From the NCBI GenBank assembly GCA_021783135.1, contig JAJXUE010000006.1, forward strand, positions 10,416-74,415: a stretch of 64,000 bases of DNA, in the 5' to 3' direction. The stretch comes from Bacillota bacterium (lineage in GTDB: Bacteria; Bacillota; Desulfitobacteriia; Desulfitobacteriales; JAJXUE01). Shown one piece after another: positions 15,925 to 24,871 of the stretch (position 1 is its first letter; the number at the start of each line of letters is the position of its first letter). Below the pieces are notes generated by a model. It had not been told where the DNA came from. It ran no database searches and saw only the letters and a program-made list of their open reading frames with translations. A program made the position numbers and the translations under genes.

Positions 15925-16908
15925 GTGAACAGAATGTTGCTGGAAGTAAAAGGTTTAAGTACGGAATTCAAGTTGAAACGCGGTATTGTCAAGGCTGTCG
16001 ATAATATCAGCTTTACCATAGATAAGGGTGAAATTTTGGCTATTGTTGGGGAGTCCGGGTCGGGAAAAAGCGTAACTTCCCTTTCGATTATGGGGCTTTT
16101 GCAAAAGCCGGGTCGGATTGCCGGCGGGGAAATATTGTTCAAGACACAGGATCTAAACAAGCTAAGTCAGAAGGAACTGCAGAAAATTCGCGGCAACAAG
16201 ATCTCCATGATTTTTCAGGAACCGATGACTTCGCTTAATCCTGTTTGGCGCATCAAGACGCAGATTATGGAAAGTATCAGAACGCATTTGCAGGTTTCTC
16301 AGCACGAGGCCTTAGAACGTACCATAGCGATGCTGGACACGGTAGGAATACCTTCTGCGGCACAGCGAGCAAACGATTATCCGCATCAAATGAGCGGTGG
16401 CATGCGCCAGCGGGTGATGACGGCCATGGCGTTGGCTTGCGAGCCAGAGCTCTTGATTGCGGATGAACCTACAACTGCCCTTGATGTCACCATTCAGGCT
16501 CAAATTCTAGAGCTTTTGTATCGGATGAGGGAAAAATTCCACATGGCGGTGCTGCTCATTACTCATGATTTGGGTGTGGTCTCGGAAGCAGCCGATCGGG
16601 TTATTGTCATGTACTGCGGCAAAATTATGGAAGAAGCTGATGTCAGGACTCTTTTTAGTACTCCTTTGCATCCTTACACTGTGGGGCTGCTGCAGTCCAT
16701 TCCCCAACTTGATGCTGACAGCGATGAACGTTTGTATATGATCAAGGGGATGGTCCCCAATCCGCTCAATATGCCGCCGGGTTGTCCCTTTTCTGATCGC
16801 TGCGACCATAGTATGCAACGCTGCAGTCAAGAAATGCCGCAATTGCAAGACATTGCAGGTCATAAGGTAAGGTGTTTTTTGTATGAAGGGGGCGTGAGAG
16901 TAAAATGA
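15925..16908 (+). CDS. peptide ABC transporter ATP-binding protein (DppD/OppD type)
   Basis: Walker A GESGSGKS, signature MSGGMRQR, and the C-terminal oligopeptide-ABC extension (HPYT...GCPFSDRC). Confidence 0.9.
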   Translation: MNRMLLEVKGLSTEFKLKRGIVKAVDNISFTIDKGEILAIVGESGSGKSVTSLSIMGLLQKPGRIAGGEILFKTQDLNKLSQKELQKIRGNKISMIFQEPMTSLNPVWRIKTQIMESIRTHLQVSQHEALERTIAMLDTVGIPSAAQRANDYPHQMSGGMRQRVMTAMALACEPELLIADEPTTALDVTIQAQILELLYRMREKFHMAVLLITHDLGVVSEAADRVIVMYCGKIMEEADVRTLFSTPLHPYTVGLLQSIPQLDADSDERLYMIKGMVPNPLNMPPGCPFSDRCDHSMQRCSQEMPQLQDIAGHKVRCFLYEGGVRVK

Positions 16909-17885
16909 GCGAAGTATTGATGGATATGCAAAATCTGGCTAAACATTTTACGCTCGCTGTCAACTTCCTTGGCAAGCCCACTGCTGTTTTAAAGGCTGTT
17001 GACGATGTGTCCTTTAGCATTACCAAAGGGGAGGCTTTTGGCTTGGTCGGAGAATCCGGCTGTGGCAAGACAACTCTGGGCAAAATACTCGTTAATCTTT
17101 ACAGCCCAACCAGTGGTAAGATATTTTTTGCGGGAAAGGATTTGACGGTCCTCAACGCAGAGCAGCGTCGTGCCTACTGCAAGGATATCCAAATGATTTT
17201 TCAGGATCCGTACGCTTCGTTAAATCCTAAAATGACCATTGGCGATATCATTGCTGAACCGATTATTATCAATCGTCTGCTACCGAAGAGTCAAGTCGAA
17301 GAACGCGTTATCTATCTACTCAACTGTGTGGGGTTGGCCCGCCACCAGCGCAACCGCTACCCGCATGAATTCTCTGGCGGTCAGCGCCAGCGTGTCGGGA
17401 TTGCCCGTGCCCTGGCGGTAGAACCTAAGTTGATTGTGTGTGATGAACCGGTGTCTGCCCTCGATGTTTCCATTCAGGCTCAAGTCTTAAATCTGCTGGA
17501 TGATTTGCAAGCAGAGTTCGGTCTGACCTATCTTTTCATCGCCCATGGTTTGAACGTGGTCAAGCATATCAGCGACCGCGTGGGAGTGATGTATCTGGGC
17601 AAGCTGGTGGAAATCGCCCCGAAGAGGGAGCTTTATGCCAACCCCCTGCACCCGTATACCCAAGCTTTGCTGTCCGCAATCCCGGTAATTAATCCGGCTA
17701 AAAAAAAGGAACGCATTATTTTGCAAGGCGATGTACCCAGCCCCATTAACCCGCCTGCAGGCTGTCGTTTTTGTTCTCGTTGCTTCAAAGAGCTGCAGCA
17801 GTGCCAACTTAATGCCCCGCTATTGCAAGAGGTGGCGCCGGAGCATTGGGTGGCTTGTCATTTATTTGGTGCAGTTAAAGCGTGA
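16905..17885 (+). CDS. peptide ABC transporter ATP-binding protein (DppF/OppF type)
   Basis: Walker A GESGCGKTT, signature FSGGQRQR, C-terminal HPYT...GCRFCSRC. 4-nt ATGA overlap with the previous gene. Confidence 0.9.
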   Translation: MSEVLMDMQNLAKHFTLAVNFLGKPTAVLKAVDDVSFSITKGEAFGLVGESGCGKTTLGKILVNLYSPTSGKIFFAGKDLTVLNAEQRRAYCKDIQMIFQDPYASLNPKMTIGDIIAEPIIINRLLPKSQVEERVIYLLNCVGLARHQRNRYPHEFSGGQRQRVGIARALAVEPKLIVCDEPVSALDVSIQAQVLNLLDDLQAEFGLTYLFIAHGLNVVKHISDRVGVMYLGKLVEIAPKRELYANPLHPYTQALLSAIPVINPAKKKERIILQGDVPSPINPPAGCRFCSRCFKELQQCQLNAPLLQEVAPEHWVACHLFGAVKA

Positions 17886-18333
17886 ATTCTTGCAAATAGT
17901 GTAATAGTTCGCTATGTATTCTGGTTAAAACTTGGATATCTTCTTCCGGTAAATTTTCTAGCGCAAACATCATCGCTCGATACGACGAGGCGTTTTGAGT
18001 AGACTTTTGGGCTAATTCTTGGCCGTTAACTGTTGCAGTTAAACGAATTTCCCTGCGATCGGCATCATTCGTTTTACGCTCAATAAGCCCTAACCTTACC
18101 AACTCCTCTACATTAGTGCTGACTGTACTTTTAGGAAGTTGAAGCTTGTCGGTTATTGCTGAAAGAGTTATTTCCGGCGCATAATTGATTGTATTCAAGA
18201 TTCCCATTTGTGGTAATGTCAGCCCTAGACTTGTGGCATTGTGCAAGGTAAATTTTGTTAGGGTTTTGTTAATTGTGACAAAAGATTGAACCACTGCACC
18301 TGCTTGTTTAACCTTTTCATTAGTGTAATCCAT
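17875..18333 (-). CDS. MarR-family transcriptional regulator
   Basis: 152 aa with a winged-helix region (LSAITDKLQLPKSTVSTNVEELVRLGLIERK...DRREIRL). Its 3' end overlaps the convergent ATPase gene by 11 nt. Confidence 0.85.
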   Translation of the reverse strand: MDYTNEKVKQAGAVVQSFVTINKTLTKFTLHNATSLGLTLPQMGILNTINYAPEITLSAITDKLQLPKSTVSTNVEELVRLGLIERKTNDADRREIRLTATVNGQELAQKSTQNASSYRAMMFALENLPEEDIQVLTRIHSELLHYLQEFTL

Positions 18334-18555
18334 GGTAGTACCTCCCGAAAATTAGAATAGTTTAACTTGGAACTGTTCGTATTTGAACTAATTTAACATC
18401 TGGTAGGAGAAGTTGTCAAGTGTATGCAGCATTTATAAGCACATTTTTGACTAACATTTCGATCATAACTGTAAGGGATTTTTACATTTGTCGTCTAGGG
18501 GATGATATTAGGGCTTGCGCAAAGTTCTGGCGTATGTTAAGTTTAGGAACGACAA

Positions 18556-18655
18556 TTAAAAACGTGACGGGAGCCCATGCAATTGGGCTGAGAGGGTGGT
18601 TAGAGTACCACCGACCGCACCTGATCTGGATAATGCCAGCGGAGGGAAGATGCAA
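18556..18655 (+). promoter_or_regulatory. TPP (thiamine pyrophosphate, THI-box) riboswitch
   Basis: Contains GGGAGCC...GGGCTGAGAG...ACCGACCGCACCTGATCTGGATAATGCCAGCGGAGGGAAG. CTGAGA and ACCTGATCTGGATAATGCCAGCG are hallmark conserved TPP-aptamer segments. An intrinsic terminator and thiamine-related genes follow. Confidence 0.85.
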
Positions 18656-18671
18656 ACAACGATGTTAAGTT

Positions 18672-18700
18672 AAAACCGCACATTTCCGTGCGGTTTTTTG
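18672..18700 (+). terminator. riboswitch expression-platform terminator
   Basis: AAAACCGCAC-atttcc-GTGCGGTTTTTTG. Confidence 0.8.
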
Positions 18701-18746
18701 TATTCACTTCCTTAATTGGCAGGTTGTAGGATTGCGGCCAGTCAAT

Positions 18747-18790
18747 TTATCAGCCAAGTTATCAGCCAAGTTATCAGCTAAGTTATTTAG
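18747..18790. repeat. 12-bp tandem repeat, about 3.7 copies
   Basis: TTATCAGCCAAG / TTATCAGCCAAG / TTATCAGCTAAG / TTATTTAG, located between the riboswitch terminator and the first thiamine-operon gene. Confidence 0.9.
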
Positions 18791-18846
18791 TTGTCTGCAG
18801 GCAAAATACCAGGAATACAAAATTATTTAAAGGAGTTATTAGCACA

Positions 18847-19140
18847 ATGGGTAAAATTATGATGGCTTTTCAGGTGTTGCCGAAAGTCGAAGATGACCGA
18901 CTGTTCGAAGTGGTAGACGAAGCTATCGCAGTGGTAGCAGCCAGCGGGGTAAAGTATGAAGTGGGGCCAATGGAAACAACGATGGAAGGTGAACCGGATC
19001 AATTGTGGGCTATTATCCGTGAGGCACAGGATGCCTGTGTTAAAGCCGGGGCTTCTCGCGTTATGACGTATATCAAGCTGGATTATAACCCGGGACGGAC
19101 GACAATTGATGAAAAGATTCGTAAATATCGGGAGAAGTAA
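18847..19140 (+). CDS. MTH1187/YkoF-family (DUF77) thiamine-binding protein
   Basis: 97 aa with the pattern QVLP...V.YEVGPMETTMEG typical of this family. It lies downstream of the TPP riboswitch. Confidence 0.75.
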   Translation: MGKIMMAFQVLPKVEDDRLFEVVDEAIAVVAASGVKYEVGPMETTMEGEPDQLWAIIREAQDACVKAGASRVMTYIKLDYNPGRTTIDEKIRKYREK

Positions 19141-19144
19141 GGGT

Positions 19145-19927
19145 ATGCCACTAAGATCGGGGCGTTCTAAGCTAAAATGGCGGGAAAGTATTCCGACCCT
19201 GGTGTTTCTAGTTCTCTGTTTAGTGGTTTGGCAGGTCAGCGTAGATTATTTCAAGTTGCCGCTCTGGCTCGTGCCTTCGCCGTCAGCAGTATTAACTGCC
19301 TTCTGGCGTACACGGGATCTGCTTTGGGCGCATACCTTGACAACTATTTTGGAAACAACCACGGGGTTTATGTTGGCGATAGCTTTGGGCTTAGTGGCGG
19401 GTATGGTTATGGTGCTGTCGCCTTTGGCGAAGCGCATGTTTTATCCATTGCTGATTGTGTCCCAGACGGTACCGCTGATTGCAGTGGCGCCGCTGCTCAT
19501 CCTATGGCTGGGCTACGGCTTGCTGCCGAAGATTGTTACCGTGGTCTTAGTATGCTTTTTCCCAATTACGGTTAGCCTGATTGAAGGCTTGGAGGTGAGC
19601 GACACTGATTTGCTCAATCTCCTTACAAGTATGGGGGCTACTCGCTGGCAAATCTTATATATGATCCGTTGGCCCAACGCTCTGCCCTCCCTCTTTGCCG
19701 GGCTGAAGATTGCGGCGACGTACAGTGTGATGGGAGCTGTGATTGGAGAATGGCTTGGTGCCAGTTCGGGATTAGGCGTTTATTTAACACTTTCGTCACA
19801 TTCGTTTCGGACTGATCAAGTCTTTGCCGCTATTATAGCGATCACCTTGCTCAGTCTCGTGTACTTTGCCCTAATTACGGGAATTAGACGGCTGGCCTTG
19901 CCTTGGTTACATACTGAACAGGATTAG
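19145..19927 (+). CDS. thiX: ABC transporter permease (NitT/TauT family; ThiX-like HMP/thiamine-precursor uptake)
   Basis: Multi-transmembrane ORF. I chose the ATG at 19145, just after the upstream stop. Context is riboswitch plus NMT1/THI5-like SBP plus ATPase. Confidence 0.75.
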   Translation: MPLRSGRSKLKWRESIPTLVFLVLCLVVWQVSVDYFKLPLWLVPSPSAVLTAFWRTRDLLWAHTLTTILETTTGFMLAIALGLVAGMVMVLSPLAKRMFYPLLIVSQTVPLIAVAPLLILWLGYGLLPKIVTVVLVCFFPITVSLIEGLEVSDTDLLNLLTSMGATRWQILYMIRWPNALPSLFAGLKIAATYSVMGAVIGEWLGASSGLGVYLTLSSHSFRTDQVFAAIIAITLLSLVYFALITGIRRLALPWLHTEQD

Positions 19928-20022
19928 ACAAACAGCATACTAATAATTTTAGCTAGTTCTAGCTAGAACTAGCGAGAGATTGATGCGGGATTAGCGATGA
20001 GGATTGAAAAGGAGAATGAAAT

Positions 20023-21063
20023 ATGCAGAGTGTGCGTGTCAGAAAAATTTTGAGTGTTACTTTGGTTGCGAGCTTATTCGCTCTTGTTTTGTTAACGGGC
20101 TGTGGCACAAACGCCCAGAATTCTACAGCAACAAATGAGACCAAAACGCCTTCCCAACCCGATAAGGTGACGATTATGCTGGATTGGACACCTAATACCA
20201 ATCATACCGGCCTTTATGTGGCCAAAGACAAGGGGTACTTTACTAAGGAAGGCTTGGATGTACAGATTGTTCCGCCCTCCAGTCAAGGCACGGTGGAGCA
20301 ACTAGTTGCCACAGGTAAGGCGGATTTTGGCATTAGTGCCCAGGAACAGGTAACCGATGCTCGTGTCCAAGGTTTGCCCTTAGTCTCCATTGCGACTATC
20401 TTGCAGCATAATACCTCTGGCTTTGCTTCCTTAGCGAGCAAAAATATTCGGACGGCCAAGGACTTTGCCGGCAAGACTTATGGTGGGTGGGGGCTTCCGT
20501 CCGAAGCTGCAACCATCAAAGCAGCCATGGAAAAGGAAAATGCTGATTTCAACAAAGTAAAAATGATTAATATTGGTGACGCTGATCCTATCATTAGCAT
20601 GACCAAGGGCGATATCGATTTCACTTGGATTTTTTACGGTTGGGAAGGGATCCAGGCCAAATTGGCCGGACAGCCGCTTAACATGATCTGGGTAAAGGAT
20701 ATTAACCCTGCCTTAGATGATTACACTCCAGTCATCGTCACGAGTGAGAAGATGATTCAAGCCAAACCGGACGTAGTTCGGCGCTTCCTGCAGGCTGTCA
20801 GTGAAGGCTACCAGTACGCAATTAAAAACCCGGCTGATGCGGCTAATATCCTAATCAAGAATGCACCGGAAGAGGACCCGACCTTGATTAGGCAAAGCCA
20901 AACCTGGCTAAGTCCGCAATATCAGGCTGACGCCGCGCAATGGGGCGTGCAAAAGGACTCAGTCTGGCACGATTATGCCCAATGGATGTACGATCATAAA
21001 TTGCTGGATAAAATGATCGACACTAGCAAGGCGTTTACAAATAACTTTTTGCCAAAGGGTTAA
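20023..21063 (+). CDS. thiY: NMT1/THI5-like substrate-binding lipoprotein (ThiY-like)
   Basis: 346 aa. Lipobox LLTGC. LDWTPNTNHTGLYVA is typical of NMT1/THI5-type binding proteins. Confidence 0.8.
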   Translation: MQSVRVRKILSVTLVASLFALVLLTGCGTNAQNSTATNETKTPSQPDKVTIMLDWTPNTNHTGLYVAKDKGYFTKEGLDVQIVPPSSQGTVEQLVATGKADFGISAQEQVTDARVQGLPLVSIATILQHNTSGFASLASKNIRTAKDFAGKTYGGWGLPSEAATIKAAMEKENADFNKVKMINIGDADPIISMTKGDIDFTWIFYGWEGIQAKLAGQPLNMIWVKDINPALDDYTPVIVTSEKMIQAKPDVVRRFLQAVSEGYQYAIKNPADAANILIKNAPEEDPTLIRQSQTWLSPQYQADAAQWGVQKDSVWHDYAQWMYDHKLLDKMIDTSKAFTNNFLPKG

Positions 21064-21067
21064 GACT

Positions 21068-21841
21068 ATGACGTTGGAATTGAGAGATGTGTCCTTGTCG
21101 TATCGAGGGACTGGAACAGCTGCGCTGGATGTGTTGGCGGATATTAATCTTAAGATAGCAACGGGTACGTTTGTCTCCATCATTGGACCTTCCGGCTGTG
21201 GCAAAAGTTCAATTTGCAACTTAATTGCCGGGGTGGAAAAATCAGATCAAGGGGATATCTTGCTTGATACTCGCTCGATTCTCGGGCTCCCCGGTCAAGT
21301 TGGCTATATGCCGCAGAAGGATTTGCTTTTGCCGTGGCGAACGTTGCTAGATAATGTAGCTCTCGGTGGCGATATCCGACGCGAGGATAAACGAAAGTCG
21401 AGAGAGGCGGCACGAAGTTGGCTGGAACGGTTTGGTTTAGGTGAGTTTACGAAGCATTACCCGCACCAACTTTCCGGCGGCATGCGGCAAAGGGGAGCGC
21501 TGCTGCGTACCTTTCTCTTTGGTCAGACTACGTTGATTTTGGATGAGCCTTTTGGCGCACTAGATGCTTTGACGCGACGCGAAATGCAGGCATGGCTCTT
21601 GGACGTGTGGAGCCAAAGCAACCCGACAGTTCTCTTCATTACTCATGATATAGAAGAAGCAATGCTGTTGTCGGATGAAGTTGTTGTCTTAAGCCAAAGA
21701 CCAGCCCGTATATTAGAGAGGATCACGGTTCCGTTTGCACGGCCCCGTGATCCGGATATTCTTCTTTCCAGCCAAGCGCTGGTAGTAAAAAAACGGTTAC
21801 TGGATTTGCTGAGTGAAATCGGCGGCACACGGGCACACTAA
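21068..21841 (+). CDS. thiZ: ABC transporter ATP-binding protein (ThiZ-like)
   Basis: Walker A GPSGCGKSS, signature LSGGMRQR, Walker B LILDEP. Confidence 0.85.
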   Translation: MTLELRDVSLSYRGTGTAALDVLADINLKIATGTFVSIIGPSGCGKSSICNLIAGVEKSDQGDILLDTRSILGLPGQVGYMPQKDLLLPWRTLLDNVALGGDIRREDKRKSREAARSWLERFGLGEFTKHYPHQLSGGMRQRGALLRTFLFGQTTLILDEPFGALDALTRREMQAWLLDVWSQSNPTVLFITHDIEEAMLLSDEVVVLSQRPARILERITVPFARPRDPDILLSSQALVVKKRLLDLLSEIGGTRAH

Positions 21842-21856
21842 ATATTTGTTAAGGGT

Positions 21857-22129
21857 ATGTTTCATGAACTGCATGAAGCGATTTTCCATGCCTATTTTAC
21901 TGCAGGCAAGGAAATTGGCTTGGATGATGCGGAATTAAAGGCTGCTTTGACGGAGCAACGCTATGCGCCGCGACTCGAACAAGCCAAGGCTGAAGGCAAC
22001 AAGTATGGTATCACAGGAACCCCCACTTTTATTGTTAATGATCAGCAGATAATTGTAGGCGCTCAACCGCTTGAGGCCTTTCGCACAGCCTTTGCCAAAC
22101 TCTCAAATGGTGAAAAAAGCACCACCTAG
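21857..22129 (+). pseudogene. C-terminal fragment of a DsbA/FrnE-like thiol oxidoreductase (the N-terminal CxxC half is absent)
   Basis: The 90-aa ORF matches only the C-terminal part of the family (AYF..G..IG......L......KYGITGTPTFIV). It starts 15 nt after the thiZ stop, and no thioredoxin CxxC region occurs upstream. Confidence 0.6.
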
Positions 22130-22358
22130 GCCATGATCCGTCAGAATTTTAGTTGATTTATGTCGCAAAGTTAGCTATACTTAACAAAGCGCATGTAAAA
22201 GAAGTAAAAAAAATTTTGGAGCAAACATCAATAAAATAATTGATATTAACTACATAAGTTTTACTAACTTTGAAACGGGTAATTAAGGCCAACTGTTTTT
22301 AAGCTGCGCGGGTCTCGGGCGTGATGCCCCAAAATAATATTTTTTGGAGGTTTTGTTA

Positions 22359-22718
22359 ATGACAAAGAAAATAGCAATTCCCACAGATGGTGAAATGTTA
22401 GATGCCCATTTTGGGCGGGCGGCAGGATTCACAGTGTTTGAAATTGACGGCTCACAAGCGCTGCAAATGGAACTGCTTAGTGCGTCAGGGCTCCAACACC
22501 AACATGAAGGCCTGGCAAGTATGTTTAAACGCAATGGCGTGGAAGTTCTGGTCTGTGGCGGCATTGGCGGGGGCATGATTAATGGGCTCAATGCGGTAGG
22601 TTTAAGCGTGGTAACGGGTGCTTCCGGTAAGGTGGTTGACGTTGCCAACGCATATGCGGCGGGGACCCTCTTAAGTACAGGCTCTGTCTGCCAAGAACAT
22701 GAGCACCACCACGCTTAA
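22359..22718 (+). CDS. NifB/NifX-family (dinitrogenase FeMo-cofactor-binding fold) protein with a His-rich tail
   Basis: MTKKIAIPTDG...HFGRA..F... and VLVCGGIGGGMINGL are typical of the family. TGGAGG RBS before the ATG at 22359. C-terminal EHEHHH. Confidence 0.75.
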   Translation: MTKKIAIPTDGEMLDAHFGRAAGFTVFEIDGSQALQMELLSASGLQHQHEGLASMFKRNGVEVLVCGGIGGGMINGLNAVGLSVVTGASGKVVDVANAYAAGTLLSTGSVCQEHEHHHA

Positions 22719-22899
22719 GACAAAAGTCGATTATGAAAAGTCAGTTATAAAGAGTCTGGTCTGAACAAGTCCGTGCTATCGAAAGTGAGCCGGGAACCTG
22801 CTTTTAAACGCATATCCCTGGGCTCACTTTCTTTATGCAAATAAATTATTGGAGACCGTCCAATAATAATCTATAATTAACCTATCATAGATGTGATGG

Positions 22900-23337
22900 A
22901 TGGGGAAAATAATGTTTGATGAAGATCAAGGACTGTATACCATTGGCACAGTAGCGGAGTTGCTGCAAGAACATCCTGAGACCTTAAGGGTTTGGGAGCG
23001 TAATGATCTTATTCGTCCTGATCGGACAGGTTATCAACGCAAGTATTCCGGCAATGACGTTAAAAGACTCAAATTTATCCAATATCTTATGCATCAAAAG
23101 GGCTTAAATATCGCGGGAGTAAAGCATTTGACCGCTATGTATTCCTGCTGGTATAAGCGTAATTGCAAAGGTGGAGCCGGTGCCAATCAAAACAGCCTTG
23201 TTTCGGTCAACGAAGCTAAAGAGTGCTGGAAGATTGAAGGAACTTTTTGTTTGGTAGCCAGTGATAAGGCAGAAATGTGTAATGCCTGTGAGATGTTTAA
23301 GAACTGCACCGGTTGTGCCGGGTGTTATTTGGGTTAA
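22900..23337 (+). CDS. MerR/HspR-like transcriptional regulator with a Cys-rich C-terminal domain
   Basis: N-terminal HTH YTIGTVAELLQEHPETLRVWERNDLIRPDR. The C-terminal 70 aa contain 10 Cys (CWYKRNC, CWKIEGTFC, CNACEMFKNCTGCAGC). Confidence 0.8.
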   Translation: MGKIMFDEDQGLYTIGTVAELLQEHPETLRVWERNDLIRPDRTGYQRKYSGNDVKRLKFIQYLMHQKGLNIAGVKHLTAMYSCWYKRNCKGGAGANQNSLVSVNEAKECWKIEGTFCLVASDKAEMCNACEMFKNCTGCAGCYLG

Positions 23338-23352
23338 GCCAATTAACAATCT

Positions 23353-23420
23353 AAATCAAAGCCCTTGCCTGCCGTTATCTGTACAAAGGAACAGATAACT
23401 GTCGGTGAGGGCTTTGATTT
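23353..23420. terminator. long bidirectional terminator hairpin
   Basis: AAATCAAAGCCCT...AGGGCTTTGATTT outer arms with an inner CCGTTATCTGT/ACAGATAAC stem, between convergent genes. Confidence 0.6.
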
Positions 23421-23431
23421 GTTTCCGTCCT

Positions 23432-23962
23432 TTAGTCAGCCGTTAAATCTAAGCGCATGATTAATCTGTTGTGACCTTTGCCATACTCATTTTCGCGCAT
23501 CTCGGCCACCTTAAAACCCAACTTGTCTTTGTACAGCTTGACGGCGCCAATGTTTTCTGGGTCTACCGTCAAACCGACCCGCTCAAAGCCCTGTTCCTTC
23601 AAGTTTTTGCAGATTTCTACTAAAAAGTGGTAGCCTAGGCCTTGTCCCTGGAACTGTTCGGCGATTGCATAGTCAATAAGATAAGCTTTGGCGATATCTT
23701 CCCAGTCGCGCATTAAGATGGCGATGCCGATTATTTTTTTGTCATCCTGTTTTAACAAAAAAACATTGCCATGGCGAATTTGCGGGACAAGTCCCCATTC
23801 ATCCATGCCCGTCTCCCCAAATATGTTAAGTCCGAAATTAACCATCCTCTTGAGCAAGCTAAGGCTAAAGTCCTGGACCAAATAAATTTTAATATGCGCG
23901 ACTTCTCCCTCCAGGTTTTTCAGTGCTTTTTGCGGTAAATTGCTTATTTCTGACAAATACAT
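23432..23962 (-). CDS. GNAT-family N-acetyltransferase
   Basis: Acetyl-CoA motif QFQGQGLGYHFL. I chose the ATG at 23962, preceded by AGGGGGAC. Confidence 0.8.
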   Translation of the reverse strand: MYLSEISNLPQKALKNLEGEVAHIKIYLVQDFSLSLLKRMVNFGLNIFGETGMDEWGLVPQIRHGNVFLLKQDDKKIIGIAILMRDWEDIAKAYLIDYAIAEQFQGQGLGYHFLVEICKNLKEQGFERVGLTVDPENIGAVKLYKDKLGFKVAEMRENEYGKGHNRLIMRLDLTAD

Positions 23963-24121
23963 TAATTTCGTCCCCCTGTTGTGCCAAAATTGCAAGTGCG
24001 CTGTCTATCGCGGCATTGTGTTAAGTAAGCAAACGATGATTGGAAGGAATTTAGCTATTATCTGTCGAAAGTCCTTTTCGCATACGTCATTTTATGCTAG
24101 TTATGGACTTTGGGAGGCAGC

Positions 24122-24871
24122 ATGTTAATCATAAAATCGAGCCCCAACCACGCTGGGGTAATATTGTCCGGAGATTGCCGCGACTTTGATGCTTTATACA
24201 ATGCATTAAGTGAAGTGGTCGGAGAAGAAGGAGAATTTCGTCGGCACGACGCAGCACGCCTAAGGGTACTGGGAATTTGCTACGATCTGCGTCACGCTCT
24301 GATGGGAGATCGGGAGCTTGAGTTTGTGGATAATGGTATGAACATGGATATGATGAAGCGGTTGGGAGTGATTTCCCAGGATAAGAATGTCTACCTCTCC
24401 ATTTCCGTGCTCTGGCCCGAAATGATTTTTGCCCTCGTTGCGTTAAATGATTTTTGCCTGCTGCGTGCTCGCTCCTTAACTAAGGCCCGTTGGGAGATGA
24501 TGGAGACACGTGAAGTGGCTTGGGACTTCACTATAGCTAGGGTACGCTTGTTTCAGGCCGAAATCGTGGGGTGCCTTAAGCAAATTTTAACGGAGCAAAC
24601 GTATAAGCGCATGCTTAAGGTTATGTTTGATAAATACACTGTGCTGGAAGAATATATTACTCAGTATCTTGATTTGCAGAATATCAAGTTTGTGGGCATG
24701 GACAAGGAGAAACGGTTGAAAAGTTTGTCGACTATGGCTAAGCGGTTGGTAGAGATGGGCGATGAGTACCAGGCGTTGCAGCATGATGTCCAAGAAGCGG
24801 CCAAAGAGCATAATACGGATGTGAACAATATTCGGCTCAAACTGGAGTTCCCGGCAGAGTTTGAATGGTAA
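24122..24871 (+). CDS. hypothetical protein (about 249 aa, soluble)
   Basis: ORF with GGGAGG upstream of the ATG at 24122. No motif recognised. Overlaps the next gene by 11 nt. Confidence 0.6.
   Translation: MLIIKSSPNHAGVILSGDCRDFDALYNALSEVVGEEGEFRRHDAARLRVLGICYDLRHALMGDRELEFVDNGMNMDMMKRLGVISQDKNVYLSISVLWPEMIFALVALNDFCLLRARSLTKARWEMMETREVAWDFTIARVRLFQAEIVGCLKQILTEQTYKRMLKVMFDKYTVLEEYITQYLDLQNIKFVGMDKEKRLKSLSTMAKRLVEMGDEYQALQHDVQEAAKEHNTDVNNIRLKLEFPAEFEW

Noticed and set aside
18420-18668. 82-aa plus-strand ORF in the ORF track
   Set aside because: It is fully occupied by the TPP riboswitch aptamer and its flanks. It has no RBS and a low-complexity translation, so I treat it as non-coding.
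18747-18790. Possible CRISPR array (also considered for 53533-53571)
   Set aside because: The repeats are 12 to 13 bp, directly abutting with no spacers, and limited to 3 or 4 copies. No cas genes are present in the window.
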